Shown here in pieces: positions 47,880-59,735 of a stretch of 64,000 nt of DNA (positions within the stretch are counted from its first letter, which is position 1; each line of letters starts with the position of its first letter). The notes beneath the pieces were generated by a model that had not been told where the DNA came from, made no database searches, and saw nothing but the letters and a program-made list of their open reading frames with translations. Both the position numbers and the translations under genes were made by a program. Source of the DNA: Escherichia phage 235Ecol030PP; sequence record PP355091.1; one strand, 5' to 3'.

Positions 47880-48408
47880 TATACTTCCAATGAGCGCTGA
47901 TTTAGGAGAATCCATGGAAGGTTCTTCTATCGACGTCACCTTTACCGCTCAATTAGAAACAGGTGAAACGTTAGTATCTATAAATATAACTAGTTACGAA
48001 GAAACTCCTGGGGTTTTAGTAGAAGAAAATCGCTTATACGGAACATATGAATCTGTGTTTGGATTTGGAAATGACGCGTTGAAATATCGTTTAGGCGATG
48101 AATTTAAAACTGCTGCTTCATGGGAAGAACTTCCTACTGATTCTGATACTCAGTTGTATTTATGGAAAGCTCCTCAAAACCTCCAGAAGACATTCACTTA
48201 CGAAGTAACATTAATATATGACTACCAAGAACAAAGTGAATCTGGAGGTTCTGGCAGTAATTCTAGGTCATCTTCTGATACTACTGAACCGACAGATCCT
48301 CCTGCTCCAGTAAGAAAAACTCTCGTTAAAAATTATACTAAAACTATAGTTGGAAATTGGAGTCGTTGGGCTAATAAATTAAGAAGCTATGTGTATGAGA
48401 GGTCATAG
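47851..48408 (+). CDS. 5.1: gp5.1-like protein
   Basis: 185 aa ORF immediately after gene 5. Confidence 0.7.
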
Positions 48409-48702
48409 ATGTCAGGATTAAGTTATGATAAATGTGTTACTGCTGGTCATGAAGCATGGCCTCCAACAGTTGTGAATGCTACACAAAGTAAAGTATTCAC
48501 TGGAGGAATTGCTGTTCTCGTAGCAGGTGATCCAATTACAGAACATACAGAAATTAAAAAGCCATATGAAACACATGGCGGAGTGACACAACCCAGAACT
48601 TCTAAGGTATATGTCACTGGAAAGAAAGCTGTTCAAATGGCTGATCCAATATCATGCGGTGATACTGTGGCTCAGGCATCATCTAAAGTATTCATTAAAT
48701 AG
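48409..48702 (+). CDS. 5.4: PAAR-repeat spike tip protein gp5.4
   Basis: 97 aa; position before gene 6. Confidence 0.85.
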
Positions 48703-48710
48703 GATTTAAA

Positions 48711-50693
48711 ATGGCAAATACCCCTGTAAATTATCAATTAACAAGAACAGCAAATGCTATTCCCGAGATATTCGTCGGGGGTACGTTTGCTGAAATAAAA
48801 CAAAACCTCATTGAATGGCTTAATGGCCAAAATGAATTTTTGGATTATGATTTTGAAGGCTCAAGATTAAACGTTCTGTGTGACCTTTTAGCTTATAATA
48901 CATTGTACATTCAACAGTTTGGTAATGCTGCTGTGTATGAAAGCTTTATGCGTACTGCTAACTTACGAAGTTCAGTTGTTCAAGCTGCACAAGATAACGG
49001 ATATTTACCTACTTCAAAATCCGCTGCGCAGACCGAAATTATGTTAACATGCACCGACGCATTGAATAGGAATTACATTACTATTCCTCGCGGAACTCGC
49101 TTTTTAGCATATGCAAAAGATACTTCTGTTAATCCATATAACTTCGTTTCTACCGAAGACGTTATTGCTATTCGTGATAAAAATAACCAATATTTTCCGC
49201 GTTTAAAATTGGCCCAGGGACGTATAGTAAGAACTGAAATCATTTATGATAAATTAACACCTATTATCATTTATGATAAAAATATTGATAGAAACCAGGT
49301 TAAATTATACGTTGATGGAGCAGAATGGATTAACTGGACAAGAAAGTCAATGGTTCATGCTGGTTCTACATCGACAATTTACTACATGCGTGAAACTATT
49401 GATGGAAATACTGAATTCTATTTTGGTGAAGGTGAAATTTCTGTTAATGCTTCTGAAGGAGCTTTGACCGCTAATTATATCGGAGGTCTTAAACCTACTC
49501 AGAACTCTACGATTGTTATTGAGTACATCAGTACTAATGGTGCTGACGCGAACGGAGCAGTCGGATTTTCATACGCAGATACATTAACAAATATAACTGT
49601 CATCAATATTAATGAAAATCCAAACGATGACCCAGATTTTGTTGGGGCAGATGGCGGCGGTGATCCAGAAGATATTGAGCGTATCCGCGAATTGGGTACT
49701 ATTAAACGCGAAACCCAGCAACGCTGCGTAACTGCGACTGACTATGATACATTCGTTTCAGAGAGATTTGGTTCTATTATTCAGGCAGTTCAGACTTTCA
49801 CTGATTCTACTAAACCTGGGTATGCATTTATTGCTGCTAAACCTAAATCAGGTCTGTATTTAACTACTGTACAGCGTGAAGATATTAAAAATTATCTCAA
49901 AGACTATAATTTAGCTCCTATTACGCCATCAATTATTTCTCCTAATTATCTTTTTATTAAGACTAATTTAAAAGTCACATATGCTTTAAATAAACTACAA
50001 GAATCCGAGCAGTGGCTTGAAGGTCAAATAATTGATAAAATTGATCGCTATTATACCGAAGATGTAGAAATTTTTAACTCGTCTTTCGCTAAATCTAAGA
50101 TGTTAACTTATGTAGATGATGCAGATCATTCTGTCATTGGTTCATCAGCGACTATTCAAATGGTTCGTGAAGTACAAAACTTCTATAAAACACCTGAAGC
50201 AGGTATTAAATACAATAATCAAATAAAAGATCGTTCTATGGAATCTAATACGTTTTCATTTAATTCTGGACGAAAGGTTGTAAATCCTGATACTGGTTTA
50301 GAAGAAGATGTATTATATGATGTTCGTATAGTATCAACAGACCGAGATTCTAAAGGAATTGGTAAAGTTATTATTGGTCCATTTGCTTCTGGCGATGTTA
50401 CAGAAAATGAAAACATTCAGCCATATACAGGCAATGATTTTAATAAATTAGCAAATTCTGATGGACGCGACAAATACTATGTTATCGGTGAAATAAATTA
50501 TCCGGCTGACATGATTTATTGGAATATCGCTAAAATTAATTTAACATCTGAAAAATTTGAGGTTCAGACTATTGAATTATATTCTGACCCAACCGATGAT
50601 GTTATCTTTACCCGTGATGGTTCACTGATTGTATTTGAAAATGATTTACGTCCGCAATACTTAACTATCGATTTGGAGCCTATATCACAATGA
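48711..50693 (+). CDS. 6: Baseplate wedge protein gp6
   Basis: 660 aa; synteny. Confidence 0.9.
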   Translation: MANTPVNYQLTRTANAIPEIFVGGTFAEIKQNLIEWLNGQNEFLDYDFEGSRLNVLCDLLAYNTLYIQQFGNAAVYESFMRTANLRSSVVQAAQDNGYLPTSKSAAQTEIMLTCTDALNRNYITIPRGTRFLAYAKDTSVNPYNFVSTEDVIAIRDKNNQYFPRLKLAQGRIVRTEIIYDKLTPIIIYDKNIDRNQVKLYVDGAEWINWTRKSMVHAGSTSTIYYMRETIDGNTEFYFGEGEISVNASEGALTANYIGGLKPTQNSTIVIEYISTNGADANGAVGFSYADTLTNITVININENPNDDPDFVGADGGGDPEDIERIRELGTIKRETQQRCVTATDYDTFVSERFGSIIQAVQTFTDSTKPGYAFIAAKPKSGLYLTTVQREDIKNYLKDYNLAPITPSIISPNYLFIKTNLKVTYALNKLQESEQWLEGQIIDKIDRYYTEDVEIFNSSFAKSKMLTYVDDADHSVIGSSATIQMVREVQNFYKTPEAGIKYNNQIKDRSMESNTFSFNSGRKVVNPDTGLEEDVLYDVRIVSTDRDSKGIGKVIIGPFASGDVTENENIQPYTGNDFNKLANSDGRDKYYVIGEINYPADMIYWNIAKINLTSEKFEVQTIELYSDPTDDVIFTRDGSLIVFENDLRPQYLTIDLEPISQ

Positions 50694-53600
50694 CAGTAAA
50701 AGCACCTTCAGTCACTAGTCTCAGAATTTCCAAGTTATCCGCAAATCAGGTGCAAGTACGCTGGGATGACGTTGGTGCTAATTTCTACTATTTTGTAGAA
50801 ATCGCTGAGACAAAAACGAACTCGGGGGAAAATCTCCCGAGTAATCAATACAGATGGATTAACTTAGGATATACTGCAAATAACAGCTTCTTTTTTGATG
50901 ATGCTGACCCATTGACATCATACATTATCAGAGTAGCTACAGCTGCGCAAGATTTTGAGCAGTCTGATTGGATTTATACCGAAGAGTTTGAAACTTTTGC
51001 TACAAATGCTTATACATTTCAAAACATGATTGAAATGCAATTAGCCAATAAATTCATTCAGGAAAAATTTACTCTTAATAATTCTGATTATGTTAATTTT
51101 AACAATGACACTATAATGGCTGCATTGATGAATGAATCATTTCAATTCAGCCCATCGTATGTTGATGTTTCATCAATAAGTAATTTTATTATTGGTGAAA
51201 ATGAGTATCATGAAATACAAGGTTCCATTCAGCAAGTATGTAAGGATATTAACCGAGTTTATTTGATGGAATCAGAAGGGATTCTATATCTTTTTGAGCG
51301 CTATCAACCCGTAGTTAAAGTATCTAATGATAAAGGACAAACCTGGAAAGCTGTGAAGCTCTTCAATGACCGTGTAGGATATCCTTTATCTAAGACAGTA
51401 TATTACCAATCTGCGAACACAACATACGTTCTAGGATACGACAAGATCTTCTATGGCCGTAAATCAACTGATGTTAGATGGTCAGCTGATGATGTCAGAT
51501 TTAGTTCACAGGATATAACATTTGCTAAACTTGGCGACCAATTACATCTAGGATTTGATGTAGAAATTTTTGCCACTTACGCGACTTTGCCAGCGAATGT
51601 ATACCGCATTGCAGAAGCTATTACTTGCACCGATGATTACATTTACGTTGTCGCCAGAGACAAAGTTAGATACATAAAAACGAGTAATGCACCTATAGAT
51701 TCTGATCCATTATCTCCAACATATTCGGAAAGACTTTTTGAACCTGATACCATGACTATAACCGGAAATCCTAAAGCAGTATGCTATAAAATGGATTCTA
51801 TCGGTGATAAAGTTTTTGCTCTTATTATCGGTGAAGTTGAAACATTAAATGCTAATCCTAGAACATCAAAAATAATTGATTCTGCTGATAAAGGAATATA
51901 TGTTTTAAATCACGACACAAAAACATGGAAAAGAGTTTTTGGCAACACTGAAGAAGAAAGAAGACGTATTCAACCGGGGTATGCGAATATGTCAACTGAT
52001 GGTAAATTAGTTTCTCTATCATCGAGTAATTTTAAATTTTTAAGTGATAATGTTGTTAATGACCCTGAAACTGCAGCAAAATATCAGTTAATCGGTGCTG
52101 TTAAATACGAATTTCCTCGTGAATGGTTAGCTGATAAGCATTATCATATGATGGCATTTATAGCAGATGAAAAGTCTGATTGGGAAACTTTTACTCCTCA
52201 GCCGATGAAATACTACGCAGAACCGTTCTTTAACTGGTCTAAAAAATCTAACACACGTTGTTGGATAAACAACTCCGATAGGGTTGTAGTAGTTTATGCT
52301 GATTTAAAATACACCAAAGTTATAGAAAATATTCCGGAAACATCACCAGATAGATTAGTTCATGAATATTGGGATGATGGTGATTGTACTATAGTAATGC
52401 CAAATGTTAAATTCACGGGATTTAAAAAATATGCGTCTGGGATGCTTTTTTATAAATCTTCTGGTGAAATAATTTCTTACTATGATTTTAACTATCGTGT
52501 GAGAGATACAGTAGAAATTATTTGGAAGCCGACTGGAGTATTTTTAAAAGCATTTTTACAAAACCAAGAGCATGAGACTCCTTGGTCACCAGAAGAAGAG
52601 CATGGATTAGCTGATCCTGATTTAAGACCATTAATTGGCACAATGATGCCTGATTCTTATTTGTTGCAGGATTCGAATTTTGAGGCATTTTGCGAAGCAT
52701 ATATTCAGTATCTTTCTGATGGATATGGAACTCAGTATAACAATTTACGAAATTTAATTCGTAACCAATATCCACGAGAAGAGCATGCGTGGGAATATTT
52801 GTGGTCAGAGATATATAAAAGAAACATTTATTTAAATGCTGATAAACGTGATGCTGTTGCGAGATTCTTTGAATCACGTAGCTATGATTTTTATTCTACT
52901 AAAGGAATTGAAGCATCATACAAGTTTCTTTTTAAAGTTCTTTATAATGAAGAAGTTGAAATTGAAATTGAATCTGGGGCCGGTACTGAATATGACATAA
53001 TCGTTCAATCTGATTCTTTGACTGAAGATTTAGTAGGACAAACGATTTATACGGCAACAGGAAGATGTAATGTTACTTATATAGAAAGAAGTTATTCTAA
53101 TGGTAAATTGCAATGGACCGTAACTATTCATAATCTTTTGGGAAGATTAATTGCTGGTCAAGAAGTTAAAGCAGAAAGACTCCCTAGTTTTGAAGGCGAA
53201 ATTATTCGTGGAGTTAAAGGAAAGGATTTGCTTCAAAACAATATAGACTATATTAATAGAAGTAGATCATACTATGTAATGAAAATTAAATCCAATTTAC
53301 CTTCTTCTCGTTGGAAATCTGACGTTATTCGTTTTGTTCATCCAGTAGGATTTGGATTTATAGCAATCACGCTTTTAACTATGTTTATTAATGTCGGTTT
53401 AACTCTTAAACACACAGAGACAATAATTAATAAATATAAAAACTACAAATGGGATTCTGGATTGCCTACTGAATATGCTGATAGAGTAGCTAAATTAACT
53501 CCAACCGGTGAAATTGAGCATGATTCAGTAACAGGCGAAGCAATTTATGAGCCTGGCCCAATGGCTGGTGTAGAATATCCTCTTCCTGATGACTATAATG

Positions 53601-53788
53601 CTGAAAATAATAATTCAATATTTCAAGGTCAATTGCCGTCTGAACGACGTAAATTAATGAGTCCTTTATTTGATGCATCTGGAACAACATTTGCGCAATT
53701 TAGAGATTTAGTTAATAAACGTCTAAAAGATAATATAGGAAATCCAAGAGACCCTGAAAATCCAACACAGGTTAAAATAGATGAATGA
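50690..53788 (+). CDS. 7: Baseplate wedge protein gp7
   Basis: 1032 aa; synteny. Confidence 0.9.
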   Translation: MTVKAPSVTSLRISKLSANQVQVRWDDVGANFYYFVEIAETKTNSGENLPSNQYRWINLGYTANNSFFFDDADPLTSYIIRVATAAQDFEQSDWIYTEEFETFATNAYTFQNMIEMQLANKFIQEKFTLNNSDYVNFNNDTIMAALMNESFQFSPSYVDVSSISNFIIGENEYHEIQGSIQQVCKDINRVYLMESEGILYLFERYQPVVKVSNDKGQTWKAVKLFNDRVGYPLSKTVYYQSANTTYVLGYDKIFYGRKSTDVRWSADDVRFSSQDITFAKLGDQLHLGFDVEIFATYATLPANVYRIAEAITCTDDYIYVVARDKVRYIKTSNAPIDSDPLSPTYSERLFEPDTMTITGNPKAVCYKMDSIGDKVFALIIGEVETLNANPRTSKIIDSADKGIYVLNHDTKTWKRVFGNTEEERRRIQPGYANMSTDGKLVSLSSSNFKFLSDNVVNDPETAAKYQLIGAVKYEFPREWLADKHYHMMAFIADEKSDWETFTPQPMKYYAEPFFNWSKKSNTRCWINNSDRVVVVYADLKYTKVIENIPETSPDRLVHEYWDDGDCTIVMPNVKFTGFKKYASGMLFYKSSGEIISYYDFNYRVRDTVEIIWKPTGVFLKAFLQNQEHETPWSPEEEHGLADPDLRPLIGTMMPDSYLLQDSNFEAFCEAYIQYLSDGYGTQYNNLRNLIRNQYPREEHAWEYLWSEIYKRNIYLNADKRDAVARFFESRSYDFYSTKGIEASYKFLFKVLYNEEVEIEIESGAGTEYDIIVQSDSLTEDLVGQTIYTATGRCNVTYIERSYSNGKLQWTVTIHNLLGRLIAGQEVKAERLPSFEGEIIRGVKGKDLLQNNIDYINRSRSYYVMKIKSNLPSSRWKSDVIRFVHPVGFGFIAITLLTMFINVGLTLKHTETIINKYKNYKWDSGLPTEYADRVAKLTPTGEIEHDSVTGEAIYEPGPMAGVEYPLPDDYNAENNNSIFQGQLPSERRKLMSPLFDASGTTFAQFRDLVNKRLKDNIGNPRDPENPTQVKIDE

Positions 53789-54785
53789 TTCAAGTGTTAT
53801 CTATCGTGCGATAGTTACTTCAAAATTTAGAACAGAAAAAATGTTGAATTTTTATAATTCAATTGGAAGTGGTCCGGATAAAAACACTATCTTTATCACA
53901 TTTGGAAGATCAGAACCGTGGTCATCAAATGAAAATGAGGTGGGCTTTGCCCCACCTTATCCAACCGATTCTGTATTAGGCGTAACTGACATGTGGACGC
54001 ATATGATGGGAACAGTAAAGGTTCTTCCATCAATGCTTGACGCAGTTATTCCTCGTCGAGATTGGGGAGATACTAGATATCCGGATCCATACACATTTAG
54101 AATTAACGATATTGTAGTGTGTAACTCAGCTCCTTACAACGCTACTGAATCAGGCGCAGGCTGGTTAGTATATCGTTGTTTAGATGTTCCTGATACTGGA
54201 ATGTGTTCAATTGCATCTTTAACTGATAAGGATGAATGCCTTAAATTAGGCGGAAAATGGACACCTTCTGTTAGGTCAATGACTCCTCCTGAAGGTCGAG
54301 GAGATGCTGAAGGAACAATTGAACCTGGGGACGGGTATGTATGGGAATATCTTTTTGAGATTCCACCCGATGTATCTATAAATAGATGCACGAATGAATA
54401 TATTGTGGTTCCTTGGCCTGAGGAATTAAAAGAAGACCCGACTAGATGGGGATATGAAGATAATCTCACTTGGCAACAAGATGATTTTGGATTAATTTAC
54501 CGGGTTAAGGCAAATACTATCCGTTTTAAAGCATATTTAGATTCAGTTTATTTTCCTGATGCTGCATTGCCAGGAAATAAAGGATTTAGACAAATATCAA
54601 TAATCACGAATCCTCTTGAAGCTAAAGCTCATCCAAATGACCCAAACGTTAAAGCTGAAAAGGATTATTATGATCCAGAAGATTTAATGAGGCATTCGGG
54701 CGAAATGATTTATATGGAAAATAGGCCACCTATTATCATGGCAATGGATCAGACAGAAGAAATCAATATTCTGTTTACATTTTAA
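53781..54785 (+). CDS. 8: Baseplate wedge protein gp8
   Basis: 334 aa; synteny. Confidence 0.9.
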   Translation: MNDSSVIYRAIVTSKFRTEKMLNFYNSIGSGPDKNTIFITFGRSEPWSSNENEVGFAPPYPTDSVLGVTDMWTHMMGTVKVLPSMLDAVIPRRDWGDTRYPDPYTFRINDIVVCNSAPYNATESGAGWLVYRCLDVPDTGMCSIASLTDKDECLKLGGKWTPSVRSMTPPEGRGDAEGTIEPGDGYVWEYLFEIPPDVSINRCTNEYIVVPWPEELKEDPTRWGYEDNLTWQQDDFGLIYRVKANTIRFKAYLDSVYFPDAALPGNKGFRQISIITNPLEAKAHPNDPNVKAEKDYYDPEDLMRHSGEMIYMENRPPIIMAMDQTEEINILFTF

Positions 54786-54790
54786 ATTAA

Positions 54791-54813
54791 GGGAGCCCAT
54801 GGGCTCCCTTTTT
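54791..54813 (+). terminator. Intrinsic terminator (GGGAGCC-CAUG-GGCUCCC plus U5) after gene 8
   Basis: gggagcccatgggctccc followed by tttttcttt. Confidence 0.7.
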
Positions 54814-54816
54814 CTT

Positions 54817-54824
54817 TATAAATA
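54817..54824 (+). promoter_or_regulatory. T4 late promoter TATAAATA for gene 9
   Basis: Exact TATAAATA 25 nt upstream of gene 9 ATG. Confidence 0.65.
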
Positions 54825-54848
54825 CTATAAACTCATAAGGAAACCGCT

Positions 54849-55715
54849 ATGTTCATTCAAGAACCAAAGAAATTGATTGATACCGGCGAAATTGGTAACG
54901 CTTCTACTGGTGATATCTTATTCGACGGTGGTAATAAAATTAATAGTGATTTTAACGCAATTTATAATGCGTTTGGCGATCAGCGTAAAATGGCAGTAGC
55001 AAATGGCACTGGAGCAGATGGTCAAATTATCCATGCTACTGGATATTATCAAAAGCACTCTATCGCGGAGTACGCAACTCCAGTGAAAGTTGGCACTAGA
55101 CATGATATTGATACCTCTACTGTAGGTGTTAAAGTTATTATTGAAAGAGGAGAACTTGGCGATTGTGTTGAATTCATTAACTCTAATGGATCAATATCAG
55201 TTACTAATCCTTTAACGATTCAGGCTATTGATTCAATTAAAGGCGTTTCAGGTAATTTAGTAGTAACTAGCCCATATAGTAAAGTAACTTTACGCTGTAT
55301 TTCATCTGATAATTCTACATCGGTTTGGAATTATTCTATTGAAAGTATGTTTGGACAAAAGGAATCACCAGCTGAAGGTACATGGAATATTTCTACATCC
55401 GGATCAGTTGATATTCCACTATTTCATCGCACTGAATACAATATGGCTAAATTGCTAGTTACGTGCCAATCAGTAGATGGAAGAAAAATTAAAACAGCAG
55501 AAATAAATATTCTTGTGGATACTGTTAATTCAGAAGTTATTTCTTCTGAGTATGCTGTCATGAGAGTTGGAAATGAAACAGAAGAAGACGAGATTGCTAA
55601 TATTGCATTTAGTATTAAAACCAACTATGTAACGGCGACTATAAGTTCTTCTACCGTTGGCATGAGAGCAGCAGTTAAAGTTATCGCTACGCAGAAAATC
55701 GGGGTGGCTCAATAA
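54849..55715 (+). CDS. 9: Baseplate wedge protein gp9 (long tail fiber socket)
   Basis: 288 aa; synteny. Confidence 0.9.
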   Translation: MFIQEPKKLIDTGEIGNASTGDILFDGGNKINSDFNAIYNAFGDQRKMAVANGTGADGQIIHATGYYQKHSIAEYATPVKVGTRHDIDTSTVGVKVIIERGELGDCVEFINSNGSISVTNPLTIQAIDSIKGVSGNLVVTSPYSKVTLRCISSDNSTSVWNYSIESMFGQKESPAEGTWNISTSGSVDIPLFHRTEYNMAKLLVTCQSVDGRKIKTAEINILVDTVNSEVISSEYAVMRVGNETEEDEIANIAFSIKTNYVTATISSSTVGMRAAVKVIATQKIGVAQ

Positions 55716-57520
55716 TGAAACAAAATATTAATATCGGTAATGTTGTTGATGATGGTACCGGTGACTACCTGCGTAAAGGTGGTATAAAAATAAATGAAAA
55801 CTTTGATGAACTTTATTATGAACTTGGCGATGGAGATGTTCCATATTCAGCCGGTGCCTGGAAAACTTATAATGCTTCATCTGGTCAAACATTAAAAGCT
55901 AAGTGGGGAAAATCATACGCTATTAATACCTCTTCTGGAAGAGTAACTTTACAACTTCCTAAAGGAACTGTTAATGATTATAATAAAGTAATTAGAGCTA
56001 GGGATGTATTTGCAACATGGAACATTAATCCAGTTACTTTAGTAGCTGCTTCTGGAGATACAATTAAAGGGTCGTCATCATCGGTTGAAATTAATACTCA
56101 ATTTAGTGATTTAGAGCTCGTTTATTGCGCTCCAGGACGTTGGGAGTATGTCAAAAACAAACAAATTGACAAAATTATTAGTTCAGATATTAGTAATGTA
56201 GCACGTAAAGAATTTTTAGTCGAAGTTCAAGGACAAACGGACTTTTTAGATGTTTTCCGCGGAACTAGCTATAATGTTAATAACATCCGAGTAAAACACC
56301 GTGGTAATGAATTATATTACGGCGATGTATTTAGTGAAAACAGTGACTTTGGCTCTCCTGGGGAAAATGAAGGAGAATTGATTCCTCTTGATGGATTTAA
56401 TATTAGGTTAAGACAGCCTTGTAATATTGGTGACACTGTTCAAATTGAAACATTTATGGATGGTATATCACAATGGAGAAGTTCATATACAAGACGCCAA
56501 ATAAAAGTATTAGATTCAAAATTAACGTCAAAAACTTCTTTAGAAGGAAGTATTTACGTTACTGATTTATCAACAATGAAATCAATTCCATTCTCTGCAT
56601 TTGGATTAATTCCTGGAGAACCTATTAATCCTAATTCTCTTGAAGTTCGTTTTAATGGAATTTTACAACAACAAGCTGGAACAGCAGGATATCCTCTGTT
56701 TTTGTGTGAAGGTGCTAACTCAGATACGCAAGCAGGATGTATATCTCTTGGTGGTGAATGGAAAGAATCGAACACAGATTATTCTATAGAATATGAAGAT
56801 GGAAAACCTGTCAGTCTTTTATTTGATAGAAAATTTGAATCAGGTGATATAATCGTTATAACATGGTTTAATAATGATTTAGGAACTCTTTTAGAAAAAG
56901 ATGACATTATTGAATTAACTGATGACCGTTATGTTAGTAAAGGATCATCTACCGAAGTTACTGGTGATGTAGCCTTAACAGATTTTGATAAAATCGGTTG
57001 GCCAAATGTTGAAAAAGTTGATTCTTATACTAGAACGTATAATTCAATATCATCTATTTTCGATAGCATTTATCCTGTAGGTTCAATTTATGAAAATGCT
57101 ATAAATCCAAATAATCCGGTGACTTATATGGGATTTGGTTCATGGAAATTATTTGGTAAAGGACAAGTTTTAGTAGGATGGAATGATGATGTTACGGATC
57201 CAAACTTTGCTTTAAACAATAATGATTTAGATTCTAGCGGAAATCCTTCACATACTGCCGGTGGAACAGTTGGAACAACATCGGTGACACTTGAGAACGC
57301 AAATCTTCCTGCGACTAAAACTGATGAAAAAGTTTTAATTGAAGATGAAAACGGATCAGTTATTATTGGAGGTTGTCAATATGACCCAGACGAAACTGGT
57401 CCTATATATACAAAATATCGTGAAGACTACGCAACAACAAACTCTTCACATACTCCTCCTACTAATATTAGTAATATTCAACCGTCTATTACTGTATACC
57501 GTTGGATAAGGATTGCATAA
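55715..57520 (+). CDS. 10: Baseplate wedge protein gp10
   Basis: 601 aa; synteny. Confidence 0.9.
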   Translation: MKQNINIGNVVDDGTGDYLRKGGIKINENFDELYYELGDGDVPYSAGAWKTYNASSGQTLKAKWGKSYAINTSSGRVTLQLPKGTVNDYNKVIRARDVFATWNINPVTLVAASGDTIKGSSSSVEINTQFSDLELVYCAPGRWEYVKNKQIDKIISSDISNVARKEFLVEVQGQTDFLDVFRGTSYNVNNIRVKHRGNELYYGDVFSENSDFGSPGENEGELIPLDGFNIRLRQPCNIGDTVQIETFMDGISQWRSSYTRRQIKVLDSKLTSKTSLEGSIYVTDLSTMKSIPFSAFGLIPGEPINPNSLEVRFNGILQQQAGTAGYPLFLCEGANSDTQAGCISLGGEWKESNTDYSIEYEDGKPVSLLFDRKFESGDIIVITWFNNDLGTLLEKDDIIELTDDRYVSKGSSTEVTGDVALTDFDKIGWPNVEKVDSYTRTYNSISSIFDSIYPVGSIYENAINPNNPVTYMGFGSWKLFGKGQVLVGWNDDVTDPNFALNNNDLDSSGNPSHTAGGTVGTTSVTLENANLPATKTDEKVLIEDENGSVIIGGCQYDPDETGPIYTKYREDYATTNSSHTPPTNISNIQPSITVYRWIRIA

Positions 57521-58179
57521 TGAGTTTACTTAATAATAAAGCGGGAGTTATTTCCCGCTTAGCAGATTTTCTTGGTTTTAGAACTAAGAAAAATGATATT
57601 TCGGTTATGAATAATCAGCCAGTAGGCGCTGTAACAATTTCACAAATAGCAAAAGGTTTTTATGACCCGAATGTAGAATCTGCTATCAATGATGTTAGAA
57701 ATATGGCAGAGCAACCGGTTGGAGCTGTATTAGTTAATATAAGCGGCGTATCTCCTACTGGCGTGCAACAAACCGACTATTGGTCATTTGAAGGAACTGT
57801 TACTGATACTTCAGTCAAATCAGGTGACCCAGTTATTGTTAACATGTTTGGTATTCCAGTTAAAGCTACTAATGGAATGACTTCAATTGAATTTACTAGT
57901 GCCGTTAGAATAGCTCTACAGGAAATGGTTGTAAAATTTATTGCAATTGATTCATTTGAAGACCATCCTACCATAGGAAATAAAATACAAGTTAAGTATT
58001 TAGATAACCAAGAACATATCTTAGAACAATACTCTGATAAAGGAATTACTTTCAAACAGGAAATAATTTCTCCTTCTAAACCTGGGTATGGAACTTGGCA
58101 ATTATTAGGTGCGCAAACTGTTACGCTAGATAGTCACACACAACCTACAGTATTTTATTATTTTGAGAGAGTAGCATGA
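57502..58179 (+). CDS. 11: Baseplate wedge protein gp11
   Basis: 225 aa; synteny. Confidence 0.9.
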   Translation: MDKDCIMSLLNNKAGVISRLADFLGFRTKKNDISVMNNQPVGAVTISQIAKGFYDPNVESAINDVRNMAEQPVGAVLVNISGVSPTGVQQTDYWSFEGTVTDTSVKSGDPVIVNMFGIPVKATNGMTSIEFTSAVRIALQEMVVKFIAIDSFEDHPTIGNKIQVKYLDNQEHILEQYSDKGITFKQEIISPSKPGYGTWQLLGAQTVTLDSHTQPTVFYYFERVA

Positions 58180-59726
58180 GTAACAATACATATCAGCACG
58201 TATCAAATGAATCAAAATATGTTAAATTCGATCCTACTGGATCGAATTTTCCTGGCACTGTTACGACAGTACAGTCTGCATTATCAAAAATAAGTAATAT
58301 CGGCGTAAATGGTATTCCTGATGCAACTATGGAAGTTAAAGGAATAGCAATGATTGCGTCAGAGCAAGAGGTTTTAGATGGAACTAATAATTCTAAAATC
58401 GTTACACCAGCTACATTAGCAACAAGATTATTGTATCCAAATGCTACTGAAACTAAATATGGTTTAACGCGTTATTCAACAAATGAAGAAACATTAAAAG
58501 GCTCAGATAATAATTCATCAATAACACCACAAAAACTGAAATACCACACTGACGATGTGTTCAAAAATAGATATTCGTCTGAGTCATCAAACGGGGTTAT
58601 TAAAATATCATCTACACCTGCAGCTTTGGCTGGAGTTGATGATACTACTGCGATGACTCCGCTAAAAACCCAAAAACTTGCAATAAAATTAATTTCGCAA
58701 ATAGCTCCTTCAGAAGACACTGCAACAGAATCGGTGAGAGGAGTAGTTCAATTATCTACTGTTGCACAAATTCGTCAAGGAACTCTCCGCGAAGGATATG
58801 CAATTTCCCCGTATACCTTTATGAATTCTGTTGCAACACATGAATATAAGGGTGTTATACGCCTAGGAACGCAGACTGAAATTAATAATAATTTGGGTGG
58901 TGTTGCAGTAACAGGTGAAACACTAAATGGTCGAGGAGCTACCGGTTCTATGCGTGGAGTAGTTAAATTAACGACGCAAGCCGGTATTGCCCCTGAAGGT
59001 GATAGCTCTGGAGCATTAGCATGGAACGCAGATGTAATTAATACTCGTGGTGGACAAACTATTAATGGTTCTTTAAATTTAGACCATCTTACAGCAAATG
59101 GAATTTGGTCACGCGGTGGAATGTGGAAAAATGGCGATCAACCTGTTGCCACTGAAAGATATGCGTCCGAACGAGTTCCGGTTGGAACTATTATGATGTT
59201 TGCGGGTGATTCAGCACCTCCAGGTTGGATTATGTGTCATGGTGGAACCGTGTCAGGTGACCAATTTCCTGATTATAGAAACGTAGTTGGAACAAGATTT
59301 GGTGGCGATTGGAATAATCCTGGCGTTCCTGATATGCGGGGTCTTTTCGTCAGAGGAGCCGGCACAGGCGGTCATATTTTAAATCAACGTGGACAAGATG
59401 GCTATGGAAAGGATAGACTGGGCGTAGGATGTGACGGAATGCATGTTGGTGGTGTTCAGGCACAACAAATGTCATACCATAAACATGCTGGTGGTTGGGG
59501 TGAATATAACAGAAGTGAAGGCCCATTTGGCGCGTCAGTTTATCAAGGATATCTTGGAACTAGAAAATATTCCGACTGGGATAATGCTTCATACTTCACT
59601 AATGATGGATTTGAATTAGGTGGACCGAGAGATGCTCATGGTACACTTAATCGTGAAGGATTAATTGGTTATGAAACTAGACCATGGAATATATCATTAA
59701 ACTATATTATTAAAGTTCATTACTAA
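58176..59726 (+). CDS. 12: Short tail fiber gp12
   Basis: 516 aa; synteny. Confidence 0.9.
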   Translation: MSNNTYQHVSNESKYVKFDPTGSNFPGTVTTVQSALSKISNIGVNGIPDATMEVKGIAMIASEQEVLDGTNNSKIVTPATLATRLLYPNATETKYGLTRYSTNEETLKGSDNNSSITPQKLKYHTDDVFKNRYSSESSNGVIKISSTPAALAGVDDTTAMTPLKTQKLAIKLISQIAPSEDTATESVRGVVQLSTVAQIRQGTLREGYAISPYTFMNSVATHEYKGVIRLGTQTEINNNLGGVAVTGETLNGRGATGSMRGVVKLTTQAGIAPEGDSSGALAWNADVINTRGGQTINGSLNLDHLTANGIWSRGGMWKNGDQPVATERYASERVPVGTIMMFAGDSAPPGWIMCHGGTVSGDQFPDYRNVVGTRFGGDWNNPGVPDMRGLFVRGAGTGGHILNQRGQDGYGKDRLGVGCDGMHVGGVQAQQMSYHKHAGGWGEYNRSEGPFGASVYQGYLGTRKYSDWDNASYFTNDGFELGGPRDAHGTLNREGLIGYETRPWNISLNYIIKVHY

Positions 59727-59735
59727 GGATTACAA

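Noticed and set aside
47851-48711. Expected replication-origin or homing-endonuclease genes between gene 5 and gene 6 (repEA/repEB/segC as I recall in T4)
   Set aside because: The interval is completely filled by 5.1 and 5.4 on the plus strand; no minus-strand ORF or iteron array seen, so no such element is called here
46403-58720. Antisense ORFs inside late structural genes (for example 46403-46687, 52518-52877, 54134-54469, 57777-58055, 58472-58720)
   Set aside because: Fully embedded in long conserved structural genes on the opposite strand; no independent signals
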